Part shown: in pieces, positions 44,539 through 54,370 of the stretch
How positions within the stretch are numbered: the first letter of the stretch is position 1
Layout of the letters: each line of letters begins with the position of its first letter
Source: Minisyncoccota bacterium
GTDB taxonomy: Bacteria > Patescibacteriota > Minisyncoccia > UBA6257 > GWB1-50-10
DNA length: 64,000 nt
Assembly (NCBI GenBank): GCA_020059585.1
Contig: JAGVBU010000002.1
Coordinates: 27,566 to 91,565, forward strand
Reading direction: 5' to 3'
Made by a program: the position numbers and the translations under genes
The notes under the pieces: generated by a model
Seen by the model: only the letters and a program-made list of their open reading frames with translations
Databases searched by the model: none
Told to the model about the DNA's origin: nothing

Positions 44539-46287
44539 TTATTCCTCCTCCTCGGTCTCACGGAGCACTTCTTCTATAAGCACCTTCCCCTCGAGTGCCT
44601 TCATAACGCCATCCTGCCGAAGCGTGATCATTTCCTGCCTCCGCGCCTCTTCCCACAAATCAGCCTCCGTGAAGCTCTTGTTTATTATTTTTCCCACCTC
44701 TCTCGTCATCTGAAATACCTCAAGAAGTGCTACCCTTCCTTTTATTCCCTTTCCTTTACACATAGGACATGATGCGTCACCCCCCGCGCGGTACGTATGA
44801 TATGGACCATTTCCGAATTTCGAAACAATTTCCTTGCGGACTTTTTCAGGAAGCTCTTTTATCGCTTTTTCAATTGACTCCTTTATCTCTCCTTCCGCAA
44901 TCTCCTCTTTTCTGCATTTTTGACACACCTTTCCGACAAGTCGCTGCGCAAGCATGATATTCAACGCCGAGGAAAGAAGAAACGGGGGTACGCCGAGGTC
45001 AATAAAACGCGGAATAACGCCGATTGAATTGTTCGTGTGGATTGTGGAAAGCATCACATGACCGGTAAGTGCCGCGTTCACCGCAAGAGACGCGGTTTCC
45101 GTGTCGCGGATTTCACCAACCATTACCACATCGGGATCCTGGCGGAGAATCTGACGGAGTCCTGACGCGAACGTATATCCTATTTCCGGCTTTACCTGAG
45201 ACTGGTTGATCCCCGTCATAAAATATTCAACAGGATCTTCGAGACTCACTATGTTCACCGCGTCCGAATTCAATTTCTGCATCATCGCGTACAGCGTGGT
45301 GCTCTTTCCAGATCCGGTGGGTCCCGATATGAGAATCATGCCGAAAGGCGCGTTCAACGCGTTTTCAATAATCTCATAGTCCTGATTGTTGAGTCCCACG
45401 TCCTTAAGATCCTTGAGTCCTCCGATTGCGTCGAGCACGCGGATCGCCACCTTTTCTCCCGAAGGAGTGGGAAATGTCGCGATACGAAAATCTATCTCGC
45501 GTCCGGAAATGAGCGTTCGGAAGCGTCCATCTTGAGGCATGCGCGTTTCATCGAGCCGTAATTTCGCCAACACCTTCACACGGGAAATGACGGGCTGAGA
45601 TAATACGCCAGGAAGCGACGCGACTTCATGTAATTCTCCATCGATGCGGAAACGGACACGCAAATAGTTCCTTTGCGGTTCTATATGAATATCGGATGCG
45701 GCGCTCTCCACCGCGTGCCGCAGAGTTGAGGCAACTATCTTTATAATCGGCGCGTCATCAGGAGTGCGCGCACCCTCTTCAAGCGCGACCACTCTGTCCG
45801 ATTCGCTCTGCTTGAGATTCATCTCTTTTATCGCTGATTCTATCTCGTCTTTATATGGAAGGTAACGTCGCCACACTTCCGCGAGATCCGACGGAGTGAC
45901 GAGATATACGCCGAGACTTACCCGTTCGCGCTTCGCGATAAAACGCAATGCTTCTTGCGCGCGGAGATCGTCAGGGTGCAACATACCCACGACAAACATA
46001 TCTCCCGTTTTCTCTATGGGGATCACGCGATAATTCTGGGATGTGTCTTTCGGAATCAGCTTAAAAAGCTCCTCGGGAATAAGCGCGGGATTTATTTTTT
46101 TATATGGCGCTCCAAGGAGCGCGCTTTTTACCTTCGCGATCGCGCTTTCATCCACATGCGCGCGATCATACAAAAGCTCCTCCGCGGAAGTATTCGAAAG
46201 TTCCGCTTCGTGCAAAATCTTTTCCGCGAGCGCGGAATCGATTATGTTCTTTTTTACCAACTCGTCAAATAATTGCTCGTTCTTCAT
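44539..46287 (-). CDS. pilB: Type IV pilus assembly ATPase PilB (GspE family).
   Basis: 582 aa. N-terminal GSPII domain. Walker A GPTGSGKSTT. Tetracysteine Zn motif CQKC...CPMC. Confidence 0.9.
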   Translation of the reverse strand: MKNEQLFDELVKKNIIDSALAEKILHEAELSNTSAEELLYDRAHVDESAIAKVKSALLGAPYKKINPALIPEELFKLIPKDTSQNYRVIPIEKTGDMFVVGMLHPDDLRAQEALRFIAKRERVSLGVYLVTPSDLAEVWRRYLPYKDEIESAIKEMNLKQSESDRVVALEEGARTPDDAPIIKIVASTLRHAVESAASDIHIEPQRNYLRVRFRIDGELHEVASLPGVLSQPVISRVKVLAKLRLDETRMPQDGRFRTLISGREIDFRIATFPTPSGEKVAIRVLDAIGGLKDLKDVGLNNQDYEIIENALNAPFGMILISGPTGSGKSTTLYAMMQKLNSDAVNIVSLEDPVEYFMTGINQSQVKPEIGYTFASGLRQILRQDPDVVMVGEIRDTETASLAVNAALTGHVMLSTIHTNNSIGVIPRFIDLGVPPFLLSSALNIMLAQRLVGKVCQKCRKEEIAEGEIKESIEKAIKELPEKVRKEIVSKFGNGPYHTYRAGGDASCPMCKGKGIKGRVALLEVFQMTREVGKIINKSFTEADLWEEARRQEMITLRQDGVMKALEGKVLIEEVLRETEEEE

Positions 46288-46340
46288 AGATAACGTTGTT
46301 CGAATCGGAGACCCTTTCTCTCGAATATCCGCGTTCCCAC

Positions 46341-46637
46341 TTATTGCAGAGGCTGAAACGGGTTGTCGCGTCCGGGAATCTGTACCTTCGAAATATTCGA
46401 GGCATATTGCCGGAGCGATTTGAATACAGGAGAATCTATCACGCTCGCCGGATCAAACGTAAGTTCAGATATGCGATCTATTTCCTGAAGTTGGCGCGGG
46501 GCAACTACTTCTATGAGTTCTGGTTTTTTGAAAAAAAGCACATAACTTCCAAAACCCACAATACCTAAAATAATAAACACAATGACCATTGCGAACCAAT
46601 TCACGGGTTTTTTTTCTTCTTCAATAATAATCGCCAT
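46341..46637 (-). CDS. Small single-TM protein inside the pilus operon.
   Basis: 98 aa with one TM segment. Function unknown. Confidence 0.45.
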   Translation of the reverse strand: MAIIIEEEKKPVNWFAMVIVFIILGIVGFGSYVLFFKKPELIEVVAPRQLQEIDRISELTFDPASVIDSPVFKSLRQYASNISKVQIPGRDNPFQPLQ

Positions 46638-46642
46638 AATAG

Positions 46643-47230
46643 TTATTCTTGGAAATACATTTCGACGTTCACGACAAGCGTATAGATATTCGATATAGGC
46701 GCGCCTCCCTGCAGGGCCGGAGATTGGAGCGGCGCAATCGTCGCGTCGCCAACATTTGCCACTCTGATATTTGTTTCGAGACCCTCAAGAAACGCCTTCA
46801 GATTTTGATATTCTCCTCTCACTCCTATCGTCACCGCGAGCGACCCAAGGCGTTTTACGATGAGCTGATCTGAGGACGCGGAAACAAACGGCTGCATTTC
46901 CGTCGAAAAATCAGTGAGATCTACCTGATTGCTTTTTGCAATCGCGTACACCTGATGGAGCGCGTCCGTCACCGACGCGCCGCGAGGAATCGCAAGCGAT
47001 ACCTTATCGCTGAAACTTCCCGAGTTCTGAAGCTGATCAATAATGCTCTTTACCTCAGTCACCGCCTGCGTCTTGCTTGAAAAGAGAACTTCCTTTGAAA
47101 CGATCTCTCCCCGCCTGATTCCTATCGTTTCCATCGTGGGTTTTATAAAATTCCCATATACCACAAGCGCCCCCACAAGAAAGAGTCCTGAAAACGCGAT
47201 ACTTAATATTCTTTTTGTTGATGCTTTCAT
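46643..47230 (-). CDS. PilO-like bitopic pilus alignment protein.
   Basis: N-terminal TM segment plus a periplasmic domain. Positioned after pilM and a PilN-like gene. Confidence 0.5.
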   Translation of the reverse strand: MKASTKRILSIAFSGLFLVGALVVYGNFIKPTMETIGIRRGEIVSKEVLFSSKTQAVTEVKSIIDQLQNSGSFSDKVSLAIPRGASVTDALHQVYAIAKSNQVDLTDFSTEMQPFVSASSDQLIVKRLGSLAVTIGVRGEYQNLKAFLEGLETNIRVANVGDATIAPLQSPALQGGAPISNIYTLVVNVEMYFQE

Positions 47231-47248
47231 TGTATAGAATATACCGCC

Positions 47249-47800
47249 TTATAATTTTTTCAGCGCGTCGGCGCTCATATGAAGTATGATGGAAAATCCG
47301 ACCTCCTGATTTGAGAATTGAACATTTTCCACGATCGCCTTTTCATCGAATTCAGGAGCCGCGTCAAACACCGCAAGCTGTTCTATAAAATCATCCATCG
47401 ATTTAGCTCCCCCCGAAAGCTCAATAACGCGGTCGACTCCCATAATCTTTGCGCCCGAATAATACACCGTGGGGAGCGTATATTTATCGAGAAAATCGAA
47501 TGATTTGACGATAAACTGGTGCTTTTCAAGCACTGTTCGAAGATTAACAAGCTGGGAATAAAATGAGATGAGATTTTGTTGATCTTCCTGACTTATCTGA
47601 CTCGCGAGTTCCTGTATCTTCTGATCGAGCGTTTCGGAGCGAGAATCAAGATACGACTCATACCCGAACCGGAATCCAAAATATATAAAAAGAGAGAGGC
47701 CGAACACTATTCCCGAAAAAAGAAGTATCCTCCACGGAAGACCCGCAGTATCAATCCCGCGAAATACATCTCCTCCGTTTTGTTGTGTGGGTGATGCCAT
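47249..47800 (-). CDS. PilN-like bitopic pilus alignment protein.
   Basis: N-terminal TM segment, coiled-coil, then a periplasmic domain. Immediately downstream of pilM. Confidence 0.5.
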   Translation of the reverse strand: MASPTQQNGGDVFRGIDTAGLPWRILLFSGIVFGLSLFIYFGFRFGYESYLDSRSETLDQKIQELASQISQEDQQNLISFYSQLVNLRTVLEKHQFIVKSFDFLDKYTLPTVYYSGAKIMGVDRVIELSGGAKSMDDFIEQLAVFDAAPEFDEKAIVENVQFSNQEVGFSIILHMSADALKKL

Positions 47801-47806
47801 AATAAT

Positions 47807-48907
47807 TTATGAAAAATATCTCCGCGCGAGCCCAAGCGCAAGAGCAAATTCGTTCTCAAGCGATTTCACTGCCGGCTCAAGCCTTTCCGGATATCGCATT
47901 CCCATAAACGCGGAATGATGTGATGCTGTGAGCCCCGTCTGTGCCGCGAAATGCTTTTCGATTCCCGTAAGATTCGCTCCTCCGCCGACGAGCATGAATT
48001 TTTCTATCTTCTTTCCGTACCGCCGCTCATATACATCCTTCGCATGCCTCGTTTCCTGTATTATAACATCTAAAAACGGAAGAAGTAATGTTGATAACTC
48101 CGAATCGGCGCCGAGAGAGGAAAGCCCTCTGCGACACTTTAACTCCTCCGCCCGTATCATGCTTATATCAAGGCTCCGCGCAAGCGCCTGCGTGAGATAA
48201 ATACCGCTATAATCCGTCTGTTCTATCTGCCGGATTGTTCCTTTTTCCACCACCGCAATGTCCGTTGACTGCGCACCTATGTCCACAAGAAGCGTAGGCG
48301 CTTCGGAAAAAAACTTTCCAAGCGCGCGAAGAAGCGCAAATTGTTCTATTTCCATTCCCACGATTTTCAATCCAGCGTCTTTGTATATTTTCTTATATCG
48401 CGCGATTACATCATTTGGAATTCCCACAAGAAATACTCTCTGAAATTTCTGCCCCTGTCCCCCGTCATATTGTTCCATAGGGAACCACTCCACGGAGACC
48501 TCCTTTATCGGCATCGGAATATACTGTTGCGCTTGGAATATGATGCTCCGCGCCATTTCGTCGGGAGAAAGAAGGGGCATATCAAGCACCGTGGTAAAAC
48601 TTGTGAACGCGGGGATCGAACACACCACGAGATTTGTTTTCGGCCTCATTTCTTTCATTAATACGCGAAGAATTTCCGAGGTTTCTTTTTCTGAAATTTT
48701 CAGCGAACTCGTCTGTATCGCTTGATTGGGAAAATAGAGATATTTTTTCGTTCCCAGTATCCCGTAATTCGCGAGTGAAAATACCTCGCCGTCGCGCGTA
48801 ATCTCGACCGCCTTTATGGACACGGTGCCTATGTCAACGCCGAGTACGGTACCTCCTTTGAAAAAATTCCCCACATCTCGGAAAAACTCAAGAAAATTCA
48901 GCTTCAT
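47807..48907 (-). CDS. pilM: Type IV pilus assembly protein PilM (actin-like ATPase fold).
   Basis: VLGVDIGTVSIKAVEI phosphate-1 motif, later DIGAQSTD. Confidence 0.8.
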   Translation of the reverse strand: MKLNFLEFFRDVGNFFKGGTVLGVDIGTVSIKAVEITRDGEVFSLANYGILGTKKYLYFPNQAIQTSSLKISEKETSEILRVLMKEMRPKTNLVVCSIPAFTSFTTVLDMPLLSPDEMARSIIFQAQQYIPMPIKEVSVEWFPMEQYDGGQGQKFQRVFLVGIPNDVIARYKKIYKDAGLKIVGMEIEQFALLRALGKFFSEAPTLLVDIGAQSTDIAVVEKGTIRQIEQTDYSGIYLTQALARSLDISMIRAEELKCRRGLSSLGADSELSTLLLPFLDVIIQETRHAKDVYERRYGKKIEKFMLVGGGANLTGIEKHFAAQTGLTASHHSAFMGMRYPERLEPAVKSLENEFALALGLARRYFS

Positions 48908-48964
48908 TTCCTTTCATTATACCCTACTGACGCAAAAAATTCACCGCTCGTATACAATAAGTGT

Positions 48965-49678
48965 ATGCATCGGTTCCTCTCATATCTCATTGATATGATT
49001 ATCCCCCCTCAATGCGCGATATGCCACGCGCCTGTCTCTACGAACTTTTTTCCCGCGTGCGATGCGTGTATTTCATCTTTCGTAGCGCACGACTTCTTGT
49101 TCTGTCCTCAATGCGGAAATAGGATTATCACTCTATCGTCTCCCTGCCATAAAAATGCCGGCTATATCCTTGGCGCGGCTACCTTGTTTTCGTTTCCCGC
49201 GGCACAGACCCTTATTCACGCGCTCAAATATAAACATGAAGAGTACGCGTCCGCGGTAATAGGAAAGATCCTTGCGGAATATTTTCTCCGTACATGCCCC
49301 GAATTCATATCCGATTCGTGCATTATTGTTCCTGTTCCCACGTCAAAAACACATCTGAGAAAACGCGGATACAATCAGGCGGAACGTATCGCGCGCGCGT
49401 TCGCGCGCAACGCGGGACTCCACCAATCTGCCGTGCGCGATCACCTCATTAAAAAAATTCGAACCACGCGATCGCAGACCGAATGCGCTACCGTGCGCGA
49501 GCGCGCGGAAAATATCAAGGATAGTTTTGCGATAAATCCGAACGAAGAAATCCGCGGAAAAGATATCATTATTATTGACGATGTGCATACCACCGGCGCC
49601 ACAATGCGGGAATTGGCGCGCATTCTGAATACGCACAGCGCGAGGAAAATCCTCGCGCTTGTATTTGCAAAAACCTAA
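48965..49678 (+). CDS. comF: ComF-family competence protein (phosphoribosyltransferase domain).
   Basis: N-terminal Cys cluster CAIC...CDAC...CPQCG. PRTase motif IIIIDDVHTTGAT. Confidence 0.8.
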   Translation: MHRFLSYLIDMIIPPQCAICHAPVSTNFFPACDACISSFVAHDFLFCPQCGNRIITLSSPCHKNAGYILGAATLFSFPAAQTLIHALKYKHEEYASAVIGKILAEYFLRTCPEFISDSCIIVPVPTSKTHLRKRGYNQAERIARAFARNAGLHQSAVRDHLIKKIRTTRSQTECATVRERAENIKDSFAINPNEEIRGKDIIIIDDVHTTGATMRELARILNTHSARKILALVFAKT

Positions 49679-49693
49679 TTTTCTCGGAAAACT

Positions 49694-52600
49694 CTATCGT
49701 TCCTGATATATCTGTCCTCCTCGTCCCACGTCGCGGCAATCTGAGTTCACCTTACATTGCTGTTCGGATTCTTCTATCTCGGGAACATTTCCTATGATAC
49801 GCGAAGAACGATATCCCGGAATCTCGTAATCGCAATAACTGTTTCTTGTACACACAGGATGATTTTCAAGGGGCGCGCCGCTTATATCACGGAGCGTTTT
49901 TGTCGCGCCGACAAGATCCCAATCGGTTTTGTCTAATTCACTGTATACAAGACGCACGCGATACACATATACGGTATCTGGTTCAAGATTTATATTATCT
50001 TTGAAAGAAGGAATGGATACCGTGCTGCTTGTCATCGAGAAATATCCGTCGAGATTACTCGGCTGGCTCTGCACTCCGTGCGCCACCTCGGTCTGTTCCG
50101 CGATTATTTCCTCCGCTCTCTTCTCCGCGTATTCCACAACTTTCTCAACGCGTCCCGTGAGTTCGGCTATTTGCGCTTTCATAAATGAATAGAATCCGCT
50201 GATACTCTCCGTGATATTCGCGAACATTCCCCGACGGTCATTTTCTTCAACATTCCCCTCCGCCGCACCGACGCGAAGCGCGCGATAGAGCGTTCCCGAA
50301 ACATCCGCAAGAAACGTTCCCACCTTTTCTCGCGCGTTCCGGACAATTAAAGGAATCTGCTTCACGTCATATACCGCGCTTCCATCACCATCTCCGCCGG
50401 TAAACGAGGCGGTGATACTCTTATTCGCATTCATAACGAAAGCGCACGTTGATGTTCCCGTACACGCGCCGGACCATCCTGTAAACGAGGATCCTCCCCG
50501 TGGCGCGGCAGCGAAGGAAGCGTTTGTGCCCTCCATAATCCACGCGGAACATACCTCTCCGGAAAGATGCTGGTCCGAGCAATTAATTCCACCCGTTCCC
50601 GTCACCGTCCCCAATCCGGAAATGCTCACCGTGACCTGAAACTCCACCGGTTCGAAGTTCGCCTGCGCGGGATCTGCATTTCCCGTGAACGCGCACACGG
50701 GCAAATCGTTTCCTCCGTTACAGGAAACTCCTGACCAATTCAAGAAAGAATAATGGAAATTTTCCGCGGCATTCAAAGTGACGAGTGTCCCGTGGGGAAA
50801 TTCCGCGGTGCATGTTCCCGGACATGATATCGCGCCCGTGCTATCGGATACCGATCCTCCTTCAGAGGGATTTCTTGCCGCCCTCACCACAAAATACGTA
50901 TATCCGCTTCCATTTAATTTCGAAGAATATACCATCTGCCCGTTGTAGGGACCCCCATCATCTATCGTTCGGTACGATTTTACCTCGTATGTATACTGCA
51001 CTCCCGGAGAAAGTGCATCGAGACTCGTTCCGAAACCGGTATCCGTGTAGGTTACCGTTCCTCCCGTCCCCTCGCTTCTCGGCACGCTCGTTGTCGCGAC
51101 GCCATCGGGTCCTCCCGTGCGCTTGATCTCAAAACCATGTTCCCGCGCGGAATTATCAGTCCACGAAATTCTTATTTGAGATCGCGAAAGGGGCGTCACT
51201 ACGATATTCGTGGGCGCGATGGGACGCGTGGTCGTGCTCACAAGCGTTGATTCATCAATGCGCGAATAGGTGTATTTACTGCACGCGATCGGCGGTTTTT
51301 CTGTTCCCCCTCGTTCGAGTTCACTTATCGCGACATATGCCTTTGAAAGATCCACCGTTGAACAGGAGCGGATGCGATAGAAATATGTCGTCGCTTCCAC
51401 TACGGAAGAATCGTTAAACGCAAAATATTTATTCGTATTCGGAGGAAGAGGCGTGATGTCGTTGTGTCCGTATACGTCTATTGTCGTTGATGAGGTGTCA
51501 GACGAGGTAAATTGCGCGCTCGTACTCGTCGTCCGTTCCAATTCGTGATAATAGGGAGTTGATGTGGTGTTATTTTTCCATTCGAGACGTATTACGCTCG
51601 CTGAGGTTGATGTCGCGCTGAACTGCGTGCTTGTCGCGGGCGTCACCTTTATTCGCTGAACTTCAAATGTGTATGGAGATGTGGATGTCGCGTTATCTTT
51701 CCAGTTTACGTAGATAAGATTTGGGGAAACAGCAAACGCTTTCGTTCGCGAAGGAACATCAGAAATATACTTTCCCGCGAATGTACGGCACGGGCCGTAT
51801 ATCCCCGTCGTAGTTGCGAAACCGTTTCCATATGTTGTTTTCAACTGATAGTAATAATCCGTACTTGTCGAAAGCGATGTCTGAAGATAGTCGCCACTTC
51901 CCGTTCCCGTCGTATCTCCAAGCACTCCCGTAAGCGGGCTCGCAGGAACGGGATTGTTCTGCGGCACCGCCGCGAAATAAAGCGTTCTCGTGTGGGGCGC
52001 GTACGAGGGATAGAGCTGAGGTGTCCAATTTCCGTATCGCTCTCTCCATGCAATTCCCATGCTCGTCGCCTCATTCGAGGTGCATTGCAGAATGTCGTAT
52101 GGCGCGCCTACATTCACGCGCGCTGACGCGCGGGCAACGGAACTCGATGCAAAAATGAAATACGATCCCGATGTTCTGTCTGCAGAATAGGTCGCGGGGG
52201 TGCCGACAACGCTTGTCACGTCGGGCGCGATCGTTCCCCACGCCGCGGAACCGCCGCGGACCGCATTATCGCCCAATTCATTCGTGCCCACATACCACGT
52301 CGCGGGGGCGGTTGCGGTAAAATCTACTTTTTCAAAAATCGCGGTGTTTATCGATCCCGAGGGAGCGATGAGTATTCCTCCAGGGGTAAGCGTCCCCGTC
52401 GTAAACGCGAACCATCCCGTTCCCGAAATTCCTCCCCACATAAGTCCTGAGAGATCTTTGTTCACCACGCTTCCGTCACCCGCGCAGTCGACACCCGTCA
52501 TAACCTCCATCGTGCCGAATATTCCATTATCGACGGGCGCAACCGACGTGCTTCCCCCGAAGCAGACGCCGTACCCGTTTCCGCGCAGACTCACCCAGCC

Positions 52601-54253
52601 GTATTCTCCATCCGCGTCGGTGAATTTCGCCCATCCGGAAATCTTCCCTGTCGCCTTATCAAGGCGCGCCTCGCATGCTCCATATCCAGCAGGACATCCC
52701 GAAAGCCCCGATTGCGTGAACGAAAGCCATCCGTATTTATACTTCCCATCAACTCCCGTAGTCGCGCCCCACGCCCTTCCCCAAAGAAGTCCCGAGGGAT
52801 CGCTCACTACCCTGATTCCATCACCCGAAGACGGATTGAAACTCACCCATCCAGTTCCCCCAATATTTCCCGTTGCGGAATCCCTGTGCGCTCCCCACGC
52901 GTATCCGGAAAATTCAAACTCCGCGGTCACGTAACGAAGGTCGACAGACGCCTCGGATGAATAGCTTGAATATGAATATGGCGCGGTTCCTCCGGCGCGC
53001 ACGCGCACCCTGTACTCATAGAGTTTATTCGGAGCGAGAGAAAGCGTATATTCCATCGCGGGAGGATTTCCCGACACAAGATAGGTTGGGGTGCTTGGAA
53101 ACGCGGCACCGTCAATCGCTTCGAAAATTTCTATCGCGCGAGGATTCACGGAGGTATTGTCCTGCCACGAAAGCTTCACAGAAATATTTCCCTGTCCGGT
53201 AATCATCGGATCGAACGAATATGAAGCCGAAAAGGGATTCGGCGCGTTCAATCCGACAGACACCATTGATTTAGCATAATAGGAGATTCCAGTGATTCCA
53301 TTCTGCGTCCGCACCGATCGCACTCTCCAATAGAGCGTCTGGTTTTGTGAAATAATTTCGCTGTATGACGTTCCGTTCACCACGCGGGTGGTGGGAGACG
53401 AGAACGACTGATCTGTCGCGTATTGCAATTCATAACTTCCCGCTTCCGCGGCGGCGTTCCATGAAAAGTCTATCCTCCACGAGGTTCCTTCGGGTGTCGC
53501 TCCCGACTGCAAATTTCCCGGCGTTGCCGGAACGATAATCACTCCCGAGAAAGGAGAGAATTTTGCAATATTTCCATCACTCGACTTCGTAATATCCCCT
53601 ATAAAACATCCCATGTCCGTTTGGAACGATTTCAGCGAAAAATAATGAGGAGTCGAGGTGCTGAAAAAATCCTCATAATAATTCCACACATCCCCCGCAA
53701 GCAGGCTCACGCCATTCGAGTTGGTGGGCGTTCCCGTATCCGAATAATAAACGCGATATCCTCCGTTCCTGAGCGTCAACTGATTCCAATTGATAGTAAG
53801 TTTCGTCCCGTCGCTGTTCCAGCTGTTCCCTCCGATATTCGGCGTGGGAGGCGTCATGACCGCGGGAGTCGTTGCTGATTTTTCCTGATTGCTCCACGGA
53901 GAGTCGGGGCCGATGAGACGCCGCGATTTGACGCGATACGTATAAAGCGTTTCGGGACGCACCACGCTCGAATCCTCGTGCGTGTACGTGACTGAGGAAC
54001 AGTTGGAACTGCACCCGAATCCAAGTCCCCAATCTCCGGAATACGAACCTCCATTTATCTTCCAGCTGATAATGAACTCATCAACGGGTCCTTGCGGTTG
54101 TGTCCACTGAAGTTCGGTCTGACACGCGGACGGCGCGTCGACTCTGTTGAGATTCGGCGCTTGTGGCGTTTGCGCGTGCAGAAAGCGCACCGTAACAAAC
54201 CCGAGACCAAGCGCGAAAAGGAGCGCGAACAAACCTGTAAGAATCTTTCTCAT
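49694..54253 (-). CDS. Giant (1519 aa) secreted protein with multiple fibronectin-type-III-like repeats.
   Basis: Signal peptide MRKILTGLFALLFALGLGFVTVRFLHAQ. Repeated W..P...Y.Y.V FN3-like segments (e.g. ETLYTYRVKS, YEYRVRV, YTYEVKS). Confidence 0.8.
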   Translation of the reverse strand: MRKILTGLFALLFALGLGFVTVRFLHAQTPQAPNLNRVDAPSACQTELQWTQPQGPVDEFIISWKINGGSYSGDWGLGFGCSSNCSSVTYTHEDSSVVRPETLYTYRVKSRRLIGPDSPWSNQEKSATTPAVMTPPTPNIGGNSWNSDGTKLTINWNQLTLRNGGYRVYYSDTGTPTNSNGVSLLAGDVWNYYEDFFSTSTPHYFSLKSFQTDMGCFIGDITKSSDGNIAKFSPFSGVIIVPATPGNLQSGATPEGTSWRIDFSWNAAAEAGSYELQYATDQSFSSPTTRVVNGTSYSEIISQNQTLYWRVRSVRTQNGITGISYYAKSMVSVGLNAPNPFSASYSFDPMITGQGNISVKLSWQDNTSVNPRAIEIFEAIDGAAFPSTPTYLVSGNPPAMEYTLSLAPNKLYEYRVRVRAGGTAPYSYSSYSSEASVDLRYVTAEFEFSGYAWGAHRDSATGNIGGTGWVSFNPSSGDGIRVVSDPSGLLWGRAWGATTGVDGKYKYGWLSFTQSGLSGCPAGYGACEARLDKATGKISGWAKFTDADGEYGWVSLRGNGYGVCFGGSTSVAPVDNGIFGTMEVMTGVDCAGDGSVVNKDLSGLMWGGISGTGWFAFTTGTLTPGGILIAPSGSINTAIFEKVDFTATAPATWYVGTNELGDNAVRGGSAAWGTIAPDVTSVVGTPATYSADRTSGSYFIFASSSVARASARVNVGAPYDILQCTSNEATSMGIAWRERYGNWTPQLYPSYAPHTRTLYFAAVPQNNPVPASPLTGVLGDTTGTGSGDYLQTSLSTSTDYYYQLKTTYGNGFATTTGIYGPCRTFAGKYISDVPSRTKAFAVSPNLIYVNWKDNATSTSPYTFEVQRIKVTPATSTQFSATSTSASVIRLEWKNNTTSTPYYHELERTTSTSAQFTSSDTSSTTIDVYGHNDITPLPPNTNKYFAFNDSSVVEATTYFYRIRSCSTVDLSKAYVAISELERGGTEKPPIACSKYTYSRIDESTLVSTTTRPIAPTNIVVTPLSRSQIRISWTDNSAREHGFEIKRTGGPDGVATTSVPRSEGTGGTVTYTDTGFGTSLDALSPGVQYTYEVKSYRTIDDGGPYNGQMVYSSKLNGSGYTYFVVRAARNPSEGGSVSDSTGAISCPGTCTAEFPHGTLVTLNAAENFHYSFLNWSGVSCNGGNDLPVCAFTGNADPAQANFEPVEFQVTVSISGLGTVTGTGGINCSDQHLSGEVCSAWIMEGTNASFAAAPRGGSSFTGWSGACTGTSTCAFVMNANKSITASFTGGDGDGSAVYDVKQIPLIVRNAREKVGTFLADVSGTLYRALRVGAAEGNVEENDRRGMFANITESISGFYSFMKAQIAELTGRVEKVVEYAEKRAEEIIAEQTEVAHGVQSQPSNLDGYFSMTSSTVSIPSFKDNINLEPDTVYVYRVRLVYSELDKTDWDLVGATKTLRDISGAPLENHPVCTRNSYCDYEIPGYRSSRIIGNVPEIEESEQQCKVNSDCRDVGRGGQIYQER

Positions 54254-54370
54254 TGAGTTTATTATAGCAAACTAAGAGACAAGATAAACAAAAAACTCCA
54301 CGAGAAAAATTTTTTACTCGGGAGTATGTCTTGTGGTGAGCTTTAAAGACGCTATGCGTTTTCAGAGGAG

